Below are positions 1-8,256 of a stretch of 64,000 nt of DNA, piece by piece. The notes under the pieces are model-generated. The model did no database searches and had not been told where the DNA came from. It saw only the letters and a list, made by a program, of their open reading frames with translations. The stretch comes from Alphaproteobacteria bacterium (GTDB lineage: Bacteria; Pseudomonadota; Alphaproteobacteria; Caedimonadales; UBA1908), in assembly GCA_013911655.1 (NCBI GenBank), contig JACESU010000001.1:256063-320062 (forward strand). The letters are read 5' to 3'. The position numbers were made by a program, and so were the translations under genes. Every line of letters begins with the position of its first letter. Positions within the stretch are counted from its first letter, which is position 1.

Positions 1-278
1 AAGAGAGTCACAAAAATCTCAGACTCATCCCAAAGTCCAACGCGTGTTTTAGTCACAAGAAAAAGAAGGCCCATGAAGGGAAAAACCGCAACGACTGGGA
101 TTAGACGTGACCTAAAAAAAAAGAGATTTTGAGACGCCATAGACCTTGCTTATATGACCATTTCTATGACAGTTAGTATAAAGGCTTTGTATGTTGAGGC
201 AATGTGCTATTTCCAAAAGAAAAGGCCTGCAGAAGATCTACGACCTATAACACTGCAGGCATTTTCAAAGAGGGGCCG

Positions 279-482
279 TTACTTTGCTTGGTAAGTGCCA
301 CGCGTATTCACCTTGTTGTGATCACCTGCTTTTACGCGAATTTTTACATGCACATTTTTTTTGTCGTCTCCAGTTTTTTGGCTTTCCTCAGAATCCAAAC
401 GGGCAGATACTTCTGAAATATAGGGCAAGGAAAGTCCCAACGCAAACACTGCAAAGACGATGATGTTGATGCTTTTTTTCAT
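279..482 (-). CDS. small hypothetical secreted protein (67 aa)
   Basis: ORF with an N-terminal hydrophobic signal-like segment (MKKSINIIVFAVFALGLSLPYISEVSA). I recognise no family. Confidence 0.35.
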   Translation of the reverse strand: MKKSINIIVFAVFALGLSLPYISEVSARLDSEESQKTGDDKKNVHVKIRVKAGDHNKVNTRGTYQAK

Positions 483-598
483 GACGGTTTCCTTTTTTGT
501 TATTTCGTATAAATTTTAGTACCAATCAAATTATGGAGGCCCATAAGTTAAAAAGTTGTTAAAGAGATTGAAAATAATAATCTTAAGGAAATCGATCT

Positions 599-1567
599 AT
601 GAAGAAAATTCAAATACACACTTATGACGCCTTGTGGCCCGTGCAGTATGATCATATCCTGGCCTCGATTAAGACATCTCTAGGAGAGCGTCTTTTAGAC
701 GCGCATCATGTGGGCTCGACGGCGGTCCCGGGTCTTTGCGCCAAGCCCATTATTGACATCATTTTGTGTGTTTCAACGCTTGACGACGCGATCCCTTGTT
801 TAAAAGTGCTTGGCTATGCTTTCAAGGGGGAAGTCAATATTCCTTTCAGGGCTTATTTCACGAAAAAGGATCACGTGCATCTGCATGTTTATGAAAAAGA
901 TCATCCAGAAATCGCCTTAAATCTGACTTTTCGGGATTATGTGCGTGCCCATCCCGAGGTCAAAGACCAGTACGCCGCGTTAAAGAAGTCGCTTCTAAAG
1001 GACACAGCCTCTCATGAAAAAGGGAGTGGAAGGTTTTCAGGGTATACCTTAGGAAAAAGTGATTTCATCAAGGGCGTCCTGCGTGCCGCTGGTTTTAACA
1101 AAGTACGCATGACCCATGCGACCCATGAAGACGAGTGGCACGCCGTAAAATCTTTTCGCCAGCACACGTTCTTTGACGCGGCAGGGCTTCAAGATCCTTA
1201 TACCTGGACCTTTCACCATCATGACCATGTACATTTGGTCTTGTATGAAGGGGTTGAAATCCGCGGATATACCCATCTTAAAAAATGGGGAACACGTGCG
1301 TGCCTTCGGATCATTGTGATAGATTTACCTTATAGGGGTGGTGGATTTGGTACCTACTTTTTGGGTTTATGCGAAAAGTGGTTAAAGTCTCAAGGGGTTG
1401 AAAGTCTACATTTAGATGCCTCTCCCACGTCGCTTAGTTTTTATTTAAAACATGGATATGTATCCGCGCCCCTTAATGATCCTGATGGATATCCAAGCGA
1501 TCCCCAAGATACCCCATTGGTAAAAGAACTCGCCTCAAGAGAGAATAATATAGAGGGTTTGTCGTAA
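599..1567 (+). CDS. GrpB-family domain fused to a GNAT acetyltransferase domain
   Basis: The N-terminal half has the GrpB/UPF0157-like motif HVGSTAVPGLCAKPIIDI. The C-terminal half has a GNAT-like acetyl-CoA pocket (YRGGGFGTYFLGLCEKWLKSQGVESLHLDASPTSLSFYLKHGY). Confidence 0.65.
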   Translation: MKKIQIHTYDALWPVQYDHILASIKTSLGERLLDAHHVGSTAVPGLCAKPIIDIILCVSTLDDAIPCLKVLGYAFKGEVNIPFRAYFTKKDHVHLHVYEKDHPEIALNLTFRDYVRAHPEVKDQYAALKKSLLKDTASHEKGSGRFSGYTLGKSDFIKGVLRAAGFNKVRMTHATHEDEWHAVKSFRQHTFFDAAGLQDPYTWTFHHHDHVHLVLYEGVEIRGYTHLKKWGTRACLRIIVIDLPYRGGGFGTYFLGLCEKWLKSQGVESLHLDASPTSLSFYLKHGYVSAPLNDPDGYPSDPQDTPLVKELASRENNIEGLS

Positions 1568-1768
1568 AGATGTGGAGGATACTTAAAAGACGATGGAGTG
1601 GCGTATCTTCCTTGTCCGCGATCAAAGTTAAAGAGATGTGCTGCGCGTCCATGTGGCAAAAGGTTTTATACCCCCACAGGGAGAACTTTATCTTTGGCGG
1701 TGCCTAGAGGGTGTGATTCCCTTTAAAAAGTAAGGAATAGAGGCACGATTTTTATGGAAAGGTAAGCC

Positions 1769-2203
1769 GTGTCTGGCATCAAAAAGGATTTTTTTAAAAG
1801 GATAACGTCTACCTCGCCAAGCGAGGGACAACTTGTCATGACGTATGGAGATGATAAAAGTACTTATGACATCGACACGTTAAAGCTGGCCTTAGTACGG
1901 CAAAAAGATCAACGTTTCAGGGTAGGGGCATCACTCGCTTTTCCAGAAGAAATTCCTTTGGGATATGATTATAATCAAATACTTAGGCATCTTTACTTTT
2001 ATGCTGAGGGCGTGACAAAGGGAATCTGTGTGACGGATCATGACGTCACGGTCATCGCATCGGATTTTCGCGATCCCCAGTGGCTTCGACAAAAGATGTC
2101 ACCTCTGGTGGTTCTGTCGCTCGTTGAGGGGCCAATCTATCCGGATCCGTGGCCAGAGGCTTATACAGAACCGATCACCGCGTGGTTTTTACCAAAGCCC
2201 TAA
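1769..2203 (+). CDS. hypothetical protein, tandem paralog A (144 aa)
   Basis: GTG-start ORF. About 110 aa align with the next gene, including the C-terminal motif EGPIYPDPWPEAYTEPITAWF. Confidence 0.5.
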   Translation: MSGIKKDFFKRITSTSPSEGQLVMTYGDDKSTYDIDTLKLALVRQKDQRFRVGASLAFPEEIPLGYDYNQILRHLYFYAEGVTKGICVTDHDVTVIASDFRDPQWLRQKMSPLVVLSLVEGPIYPDPWPEAYTEPITAWFLPKP

Positions 2204-2423
2204 GGGTTATTTAAAAACCTGAATGAACAAATCAACGACACATTTTCCTTGAAGTTTGAGGGCAGACATCATAAATATGCACCCTTTTGCCTTATGGGAC
2301 GAGACGTCTTCTTAGGGCAAAGGTTGATGGCATGCCTATGGCTAATGTGGGTGCCTCACCCTTAAAAGGTCAAAGGAAGGGTGTGGTGCCTTTCTTTGAA
2401 ACCATTAAGTAAAGGAGAGAAAA

Positions 2424-3077
2424 ATGAGGTTCTGGGAACGGTGGAAAAAAGCCTGTACAAGAGCGTCTCAAAAGGAAGAAAAGTCTTACACGGTCCGTCT
2501 AAAGGACACGGTTCAAGGGGAGCTTTCGCTTTTTGCTCTGCGTGATCTTGAATCAGGTGGTAGGACTCTTTGCCAGTGGCAGTGCCGTGTTGATATTCCT
2601 GGCTTTGCAGAAGGCAGAACTTCTGAGGTGAGTTTGATCCTAGATCTTGAGACACGTAGCTGGCAGGAGCTAAAGAAGGTTAAGAGCGTACAGGCAAAAA
2701 GCGGGTATCTGAATGTTTATGATGATGGCCGTGAAGAATATGAGGTAGAGAGCGCAACCGTCGCCCTTTCCTTTAAAAAGGGAACACGGTTTGTGGCAGA
2801 GATCACCTTGGAATTTCCAGAAGGTGTGCCATTAGACCGGGACTACCGGCGGCAATTTTTAACCCTAAAGTTTTCAGCAGGTCTTTCTTTTGAAGGGATC
2901 CAAACCTCTGAAGGGGTGCTCGCGGTATTGCCGTCAGAGTTTCGGCAAGCGCCCTGGCTTTATGAGAGAGTCTCGCGCCTTGTAGATCTCGCGGAGTTTG
3001 AAGGGCCGTTCTATCCGTACCCGTGGCCGGAGCCGTATGAAAGAGGCGTTTCGGCCTGGTTTAAACTGCGGGAATAA
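2424..3077 (+). CDS. hypothetical protein, tandem paralog B (217 aa)
   Basis: ATG preceded by AAGGAGAG. The C-terminus FEGPFYPYPWPEPYERGVSAWF is homologous to the upstream ORF. It carries an extra N-terminal region of about 90 aa. Confidence 0.55.
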   Translation: MRFWERWKKACTRASQKEEKSYTVRLKDTVQGELSLFALRDLESGGRTLCQWQCRVDIPGFAEGRTSEVSLILDLETRSWQELKKVKSVQAKSGYLNVYDDGREEYEVESATVALSFKKGTRFVAEITLEFPEGVPLDRDYRRQFLTLKFSAGLSFEGIQTSEGVLAVLPSEFRQAPWLYERVSRLVDLAEFEGPFYPYPWPEPYERGVSAWFKLRE

Positions 3078-3081
3078 ACAG

Positions 3082-3104
3082 AAGGGGGCCGTGGCCCCCT
3101 TTTC
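3082..3104. terminator. GC-rich hairpin between convergent genes (bidirectional terminator candidate)
   Basis: GGGGGC-cgtg-GCCCCC followed by TTTTC. It lies between the stop of 2424..3077 (+) and the stop of the helicase gene (-). Confidence 0.6.
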
Positions 3105-3108
3105 AGTC

Positions 3109-4881
3109 TTAAACGCGAGAAAGGGGCTGATCCCAAGCGGGGGACTTTGGTCCAGGGCGCGATTTTTTAGCTTTTGTAAATGGTTTGCCTTTGGGGGCTT
3201 CACCACTATTTCTTTTCTTAAAAGGCGCGCCGTCATCTTTTTTAGACGCGGCAAAGGGGCGGGCAGGACCGTCCTTAAAGGGGCGTTTTTTCCCTTTTGA
3301 GAATGATGCGCTATCACCGTGTTCACGGCGCTCGCCTGTGCGCGGCTCGCTAAACTTACCTCTGGGGCCTTCTTTGTTGAAAGACTCTTTGAAGGGCGCT
3401 CTTTTGGCTTTTGAGTCAAAAGAAGTGGCGTCACCGCGGTCATCGCGACGTGACGGGCGTGCGTCTGTATCCTGTGAGGACTCTTTCTTTTGAAAAGAGA
3501 GCTTTTCCCGGCGCGGCGCAAAAGAATTACTTTCTTCACGTCGCTCGAAACGTTGTCCGTCCGCGCGGCGCTCCCCAAACGCGCGATCATCACGCTCACG
3601 TCGTTCGGAACGTTGACCGTCTGTGCGGCGATCCCCAAACGCGCGGTCACCGCGGTCACGGCGATCACTGCTACGCTCTTTGTTAAAGCCGCCGTCATCT
3701 TCACGTCGCTTGCCAAATCCCTTTTTAAAGGATCCTGGACGTGAGAATTTACGCGCACCGCCCTTGCGAGGCGCTTCAAACGCAGGAGATTCCACATCTT
3801 CGCCGTTCATAAGGCGATGAATCGCCTTCCATTTGCCGCGATCGGCGGGTGTAATCAGGTTCAGGGCTTGGCCGTCTGCACCCGCACGCGCTGTCCGTCC
3901 AATACGGTGGATGTAATCCTCGGGGCATTGGGGAAGGTCATAGTTAATGACGTGGGCCACGTGGGGGATGTCAAGACCGCGGGCCGCAACGTCCGTTGCA
4001 ACCAGAATACGATATTCTTTTTTGCGGAAAGAACGAATGACGCGTTCACGTTTTCTTTGTTGCAAGTCACCGTGGATGGCGGCTGCACTTTGATTTTCTT
4101 TCGACAAACGCTCAGCTAGGCGCTCGGTCCCAAACTTTGTTTTCACAAAGATAATGATAGAGCCGTCACGTTGATCCAACTGCGACACGAGATTTTGATA
4201 CTTGTCGGCGTCAGTGGTCTGAAGAAGCTCTTGTTGTATTTGTTTGGCAGGTGCATTCAAGGAGCCGACACTGATGCGCACGGGGTTCTTGAGATAGGCA
4301 CCAGAAAGGCGTTCAATTTGAGCGGGCATAGTGGCCGAGAACATTAACGTTTGACGCTCTTCGGGTAAATAGTCGACAATTTTTTCCAATTGTGGACCGA
4401 AACCCATATCAAGCATACGGTCTGTTTCATCCAAAACGAGGGTGTGCATATGACCAATTTGAGCGCTACCCCGAGCCAAATGATCATTGAGGCGACCGGG
4501 GGTCGCGACGATCAGACGGGGGCGTGCTGAAAGTTGTTTTTGTTGGAAGAAAATCGAGTCTCCGCCAATTAAAAGCGCTGTCTTAATTTCCTTGTCGGGG
4601 ATCATTTTTTGAAGCGCTGTCATAACTTGGCTTGCAAGCTCTCTGGTAGGCGTCAGCACAAGGGCGCCTTCCTTGGGATTTGCAAGCAGACGTGCGACCA
4701 CAGGAATACCAAACGCCCCTGTTTTGCCTGTACCAGTTTGAGCAGAGCCAAGAATGTCCCGTCCCTCAAGAGCCACAGGAATCGCTTGTTCCTGAATAGG
4801 GGTCGGCGTTGTAAAATTGAGGCGGGAAAGAGCCTGCAAAAGCTTGGCTGGCAAACCAAAGCCGTTAAAATCTTGTGTCAT
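3109..4881 (-). CDS. rhlE: DEAD-box ATP-dependent RNA helicase with a long Arg/Asp/Gly/Lys-rich C-terminal tail
   Basis: Q-motif (TPTPIQ), Walker A (AQTGTGKT), DETD in place of the DEAD box (VLDETDRML), SAT, and HRIGRTARAG. About 210 C-terminal residues are low complexity with RRxDGQRxERRE repeats. Confidence 0.88.
   Translation of the reverse strand: MTQDFNGFGLPAKLLQALSRLNFTTPTPIQEQAIPVALEGRDILGSAQTGTGKTGAFGIPVVARLLANPKEGALVLTPTRELASQVMTALQKMIPDKEIKTALLIGGDSIFFQQKQLSARPRLIVATPGRLNDHLARGSAQIGHMHTLVLDETDRMLDMGFGPQLEKIVDYLPEERQTLMFSATMPAQIERLSGAYLKNPVRISVGSLNAPAKQIQQELLQTTDADKYQNLVSQLDQRDGSIIIFVKTKFGTERLAERLSKENQSAAAIHGDLQQRKRERVIRSFRKKEYRILVATDVAARGLDIPHVAHVINYDLPQCPEDYIHRIGRTARAGADGQALNLITPADRGKWKAIHRLMNGEDVESPAFEAPRKGGARKFSRPGSFKKGFGKRREDDGGFNKERSSDRRDRGDRAFGDRRTDGQRSERRERDDRAFGERRADGQRFERREESNSFAPRREKLSFQKKESSQDTDARPSRRDDRGDATSFDSKAKRAPFKESFNKEGPRGKFSEPRTGERREHGDSASFSKGKKRPFKDGPARPFAASKKDDGAPFKKRNSGEAPKGKPFTKAKKSRPGPKSPAWDQPLSRV
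3541..3660 (-). repeat. two tandem 60-bp coding repeats inside the helicase tail
   Basis: 3541-3600 and 3601-3660 align position by position at high identity by eye (tcgctcgaaacgttgtccgtccgcgcggcgctccccaaacgcgcg.. versus tcgttcggaacgttgaccgtctgtgcggcgatccccaaacgcgcg..). They encode 20-aa RRxDGQRxERRExDDRAFG units. Confidence 0.8.
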
Positions 4882-4893
4882 TAAATGTCCTTA

Positions 4894-4930
4894 CGAAAAA
4901 GACACCAGACAAAGCGTACTTTGTCTGGTG
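4894..4930 (-). terminator. rho-independent terminator downstream of cspA
   Basis: Perfect 12-bp stem (caccagacaaag / ctttgtctggtg) with a 4-nt loop, followed on the minus strand by TCTTTTTCG. Confidence 0.7.
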
Positions 4931-4959
4931 CAGGAAACTCGGATTATTGTGATTGGGTA

Positions 4960-5172
4960 TTAGGCAGCGTCCGCAAGCTTTAGGTTGTCAGCAGAAGTTC
5001 TTCCCTTGTGTGTTACAAGTTCATATGTCAACTTCTGACCTTCGCGAAGATCGCGAAGTCCTGCGCGTTCTACCGCACTGATGTGCACAAATACATCAGA
5101 TCCACCTGTTTCTGGTTGGATAAAGCCGAAACCCTTAGTGCTATTAAACCACTTTACTGTGCCTGTCGTCAT
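4960..5172 (-). CDS. cspA: cold-shock protein (CspA family)
   Basis: [17 protein letters not shown] (RNP1) and DVFVHISA (RNP2). I prefer the ATG at 5172 because the GAAGGA Shine-Dalgarno lies 9 nt upstream of it. The ATG at 5181 directly abuts that SD. Confidence 0.9.
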   Translation of the reverse strand: MTTGTVKWFNSTKGFGFIQPETGGSDVFVHISAVERAGLRDLREGQKLTYELVTHKGRTSADNLKLADAA

Positions 5173-5604
5173 GTAGGTCATTCCTTCAATTAATTTACGC
5201 CTGTGACCCTTTATCCATTAAAGAGTCAACTGTGAGTGTAGCAGTAGTTTTTTCCAAAAGATACATCTTAAGAAACAAACTCATAACTCTAAATTAATGC
5301 GCAAAGTTAAGGACCTATCTCAGATTAACCTCGACCCACCGCAGTGATGCACGAGGAAAAACCAGCCCTAGGTTAACGCATAACGCAAACCAAGAATTAT
5401 CTAAACTCGACGACATTATGAACTAACTTGTATAGAAGGCAAGAAAAAAAGACGAAAGAAAGAATTTTTTTTTAAGTTTATTTTTTTGACTCAAGAAAAA
5501 TGGGGTTTTTCTTTACAAAAGTGGCAAAAGGGCGTTTGAAAAAATCTTTAAAGAAATCCTCGACACAGGCCTATTTCTTTGTTAAAAGGGTGACACTCTC
5601 TTGG

Positions 5605-5680
<76 letters not shown>

Positions 5681-5805
5681 TTTTCCCTAAGATTCTATCT
5701 AAAAAGCCGACCTATTTTTCTGATAAAAGGATTTTTCTACACTTTGATTTGAGGGAAATACCTGTGCGTCGTATGATGATTTTGAGAAAATAAGGGGAGG
5801 CTCCT

Positions 5806-6513
5806 ATGACAACGGACCAAACTTACGCCCTTGAGGTCGGCACGGCTGGCCATCAGAGGCTTGATCTGCAGCATGACATTCTCAAGGAAAACAGTATTAA
5901 GTGTCTTACTCAGGCCGGCTTGAAACCGGGACATGTTGTCTGGGACATTGGATGCGGAAACGGGGCTATGCTGCCTTTCTTAGCGCAAACGGTGGGCGGG
6001 CAGGGACACGTCTACGCACTGGATCAAAGGGGCGGGCAGCTGGATCTTGCCAAAAAACGTGTGCAAAACGCGGGCCTTACAAATGTGATTTTTTTCCAAG
6101 GTGAGATCGGGATGCTAAGGGGATTGCCTGCTCAAGCTGCTGATCTTGTTCATATGCGCCTTTTATTAATGCACGTGAAGAACCCAAGGCAGATTATACG
6201 GGCGCTTTTGCCTCTATTAAAGGAAGGTGGGGTCGTGGTGTCTCAAGAGTCCATCATGAGCAAGTCGCGTGATTATATGAATGATGTGTCTTATCATGCG
6301 TGCATCGATGCCTTGGTCAATTTGGGAAAGGCCCTTGGGGTCGATTATGATATCGGCGGCGCTCTTGCCACGCTTTATAAGGAAGCGGGTTATAAAGAAG
6401 TTGGGGTAGTTTTTGAAAAACCTGAGGCTACCCCTAAACAAATCAAAGAAATGCTGATTCGCGGGCTTGAAGAATGGCAGCGAGAGGATCTTAAAAAGAA
6501 AGTCATGTCATAA
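5806..6513 (+). CDS. class I SAM-dependent methyltransferase
   Basis: Motif I VWDIGCGNGAM followed by an acidic residue at the end of strand 2 (VYALDQ). GGAGG Shine-Dalgarno upstream. Confidence 0.7.
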   Translation: MTTDQTYALEVGTAGHQRLDLQHDILKENSIKCLTQAGLKPGHVVWDIGCGNGAMLPFLAQTVGGQGHVYALDQRGGQLDLAKKRVQNAGLTNVIFFQGEIGMLRGLPAQAADLVHMRLLLMHVKNPRQIIRALLPLLKEGGVVVSQESIMSKSRDYMNDVSYHACIDALVNLGKALGVDYDIGGALATLYKEAGYKEVGVVFEKPEATPKQIKEMLIRGLEEWQREDLKKKVMS

Positions 6514-6654
6514 GAAAGTGTGAGCGCGTGGGAGAGGCTTTTTCAAGGATGGTCAGAGGATACAAATCGCCTCGTCCCATTTCCAACAGTGCAAGCCTAT
6601 GTCCTTGCGCGTAAAGGGAAAACCCTCTAGGCCTGCAAGGCTTCCGCATTTTCT

Positions 6655-7038
6655 TTAAATGGGGCTACAAATTTCCACAAGAACGCCGTTTAAATCTCTC
6701 ACGTACGCGACCTCTTGTCCCCAAGGAGCTTGCCTTGGCTCACGCACAGAGAGCGCACCAGCATTAAGAGCGCGTTGATAGGCGGCTTTTACCTCTTCTG
6801 TGACAAAGGCGATCTCCATCGCTGCGGGAGGGGCGTGAGGTCGCGAGGGGTGAAAAGGGATTCCCTCTGCCGTGAGGCGCTCTTCTTCACAAAAAGAAAG
6901 GGTGGTTGCTCCTGTGTCAAGCTCGCCGTAGAAGCCGCTTTCGGCAACAAACTTGCGCGTAAGACCAAAAGCTTTTTCATAAAAGGAAAGGGCGTCCTCA
7001 AGATGCGGGACGTAAAGAATGGTGTAACCGAATTTCAT
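6655..7038 (-). CDS. VOC / glyoxalase-bleomycin resistance family protein
   Basis: MKFGYTILYVPHLEDALSFYEKAFGL... is a typical VOC N-terminus. AAGGAGA SD lies in front of the ATG at 7038. The longer ORF reaching 7194 has no support. Confidence 0.75.
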   Translation of the reverse strand: MKFGYTILYVPHLEDALSFYEKAFGLTRKFVAESGFYGELDTGATTLSFCEEERLTAEGIPFHPSRPHAPPAAMEIAFVTEEVKAAYQRALNAGALSVREPRQAPWGQEVAYVRDLNGVLVEICSPI

Positions 7039-7209
7039 GGAAATCTCCTTGAATGCACGCAGGGCAACAAGACTCATAGAGTCCTCAAGAAAAACTAACA
7101 CATTGAAGATGGGAGGGACAGGGGGTGAGGTAAAATGAAAAATGGGTGCACTTGCAAGAAAAGGTCTCAAAAAAGTGGGGGATCTTGTAATCAAGATCCC
7201 CCGAGACGC

Positions 7210-7905
7210 TTATTTTACGTGTGTGCCCACAAGGGTTAGTGTTTGCTCTTTGCCATCTGGGTGGTAGGTGTAAGTACATTCATTTTTGAAGGGAGTTTCA
7301 ATGCGGGACGTTCCTGTTAAAGGAGTTGCATCTGAAGGAGCTTTAGAGCCAAAAATTTTAGACAAAAGTTTTTTGTCTAATTTTTTTGCAAGATCCCATT
7401 CAAGAGTCTGTCCCCCAGATATAATCCCCATTTTCACAGAGAGCGTGTTTCCTTCTTCAAGTGCTTTGAATGCTTTCCAGTCGATCTTAGGGCATAGGGA
7501 TTGGCTTGAAATGCCTGACGTTACAGATTCACCCACTTTTGCTTTAAGACTAAAAGTGGAATCCCCTGTCCCCAAGGCTTCTTTCCAAGACGCAGGGAGG
7601 GTATAGTCACAGGCATATACACCCTGTTGGATGATTGTCTCTTTTCCATTGTAGTCCTTACTTCCCTTGAAAAGGCTTTGTAGTTTTTTCTTAAATGATA
7701 AAGATTGAGCATCTTTAGCACAGGTCGCATTTGCCGCGTTTTTGCTCACATACGCCATGTTACCCCCTGTTTGTGTCATAGGGGATGATTGATCGGCGCA
7801 CAGCGCTTTGGGAAGTGTTTGCAAATCTAATACAGGACATTTGGCAAGGGCTGCATTGGAGGCAACTAAAGAGACAGTTAAAGAGATCAAAAGAAGCGAT
7901 TTCAT
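7210..7905 (-). CDS. hypothetical secreted Cys-containing protein (231 aa)
   Basis: Signal peptide MKSLLLISLTVSLVASNAALA, six Cys, GGA-rich SD. I recognise no family. Confidence 0.5.
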   Translation of the reverse strand: MKSLLLISLTVSLVASNAALAKCPVLDLQTLPKALCADQSSPMTQTGGNMAYVSKNAANATCAKDAQSLSFKKKLQSLFKGSKDYNGKETIIQQGVYACDYTLPASWKEALGTGDSTFSLKAKVGESVTSGISSQSLCPKIDWKAFKALEEGNTLSVKMGIISGGQTLEWDLAKKLDKKLLSKIFGSKAPSDATPLTGTSRIETPFKNECTYTYHPDGKEQTLTLVGTHVK

Positions 7906-8256
7906 GGAGAGTTCCTTTGTTAAGGTTATGATCTCAAGTATGGTCGCATAATTGTTAATATTAAGTAAATTTTTAACAAACGGTGCGATGTTTTTCTTAA
8001 AAAAAAGACGTTATTTCAAAAGGGTGCCAAGAGGTGGTGGCAACGCTTATCCCCTAAGAGCAAAATACGACACAAAGGTGTTTTGATTTGTCGGGAGGGG
8101 TGACGTAAAACTGCAACGGATAAACCAAGTAAATTAAAAGGGTTGTGAAATATTTTTTAAAAGAGATGAGATAAAATTAAGAAACGTTGAGAAAGAATTG
8201 ACATTTTGTATAATTTTTCTAAAATTTTCCTCATACAACATAACGGGAGGTCGTAT

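Noticed and set aside
3541-3660. Tandem 60-bp repeats as a possible CRISPR or minisatellite locus
   Set aside because: There are only two adjacent units with no spacers. They are in frame within the helicase coding sequence.
2934-3797. 287-aa minus-strand ORF overlapping the helicase tail in another frame (also 3185-3820 plus-strand ORFs)
   Set aside because: These are alternative frames of a low-complexity, repeat-rich coding region. The helicase frame is continuous with the DEAD-box core.
7039-7194. 52-aa N-terminal extension of the VOC-family gene
   Set aside because: The VOC domain starts at the ATG at 7038, which has an AAGGAGA SD. The extension has no homology-like features.
8206-8256. 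TTG start at 8206 for the secretin gene; similarly the start at 21984 for the MFS gene and the ATG at 5181 for cspA
   Set aside because: The internal ATGs (8257, 21930, 5172) have better SD spacing and give canonical N-termini: a lipoprotein signal, an MFS TM1, and [10 protein letters not shown].
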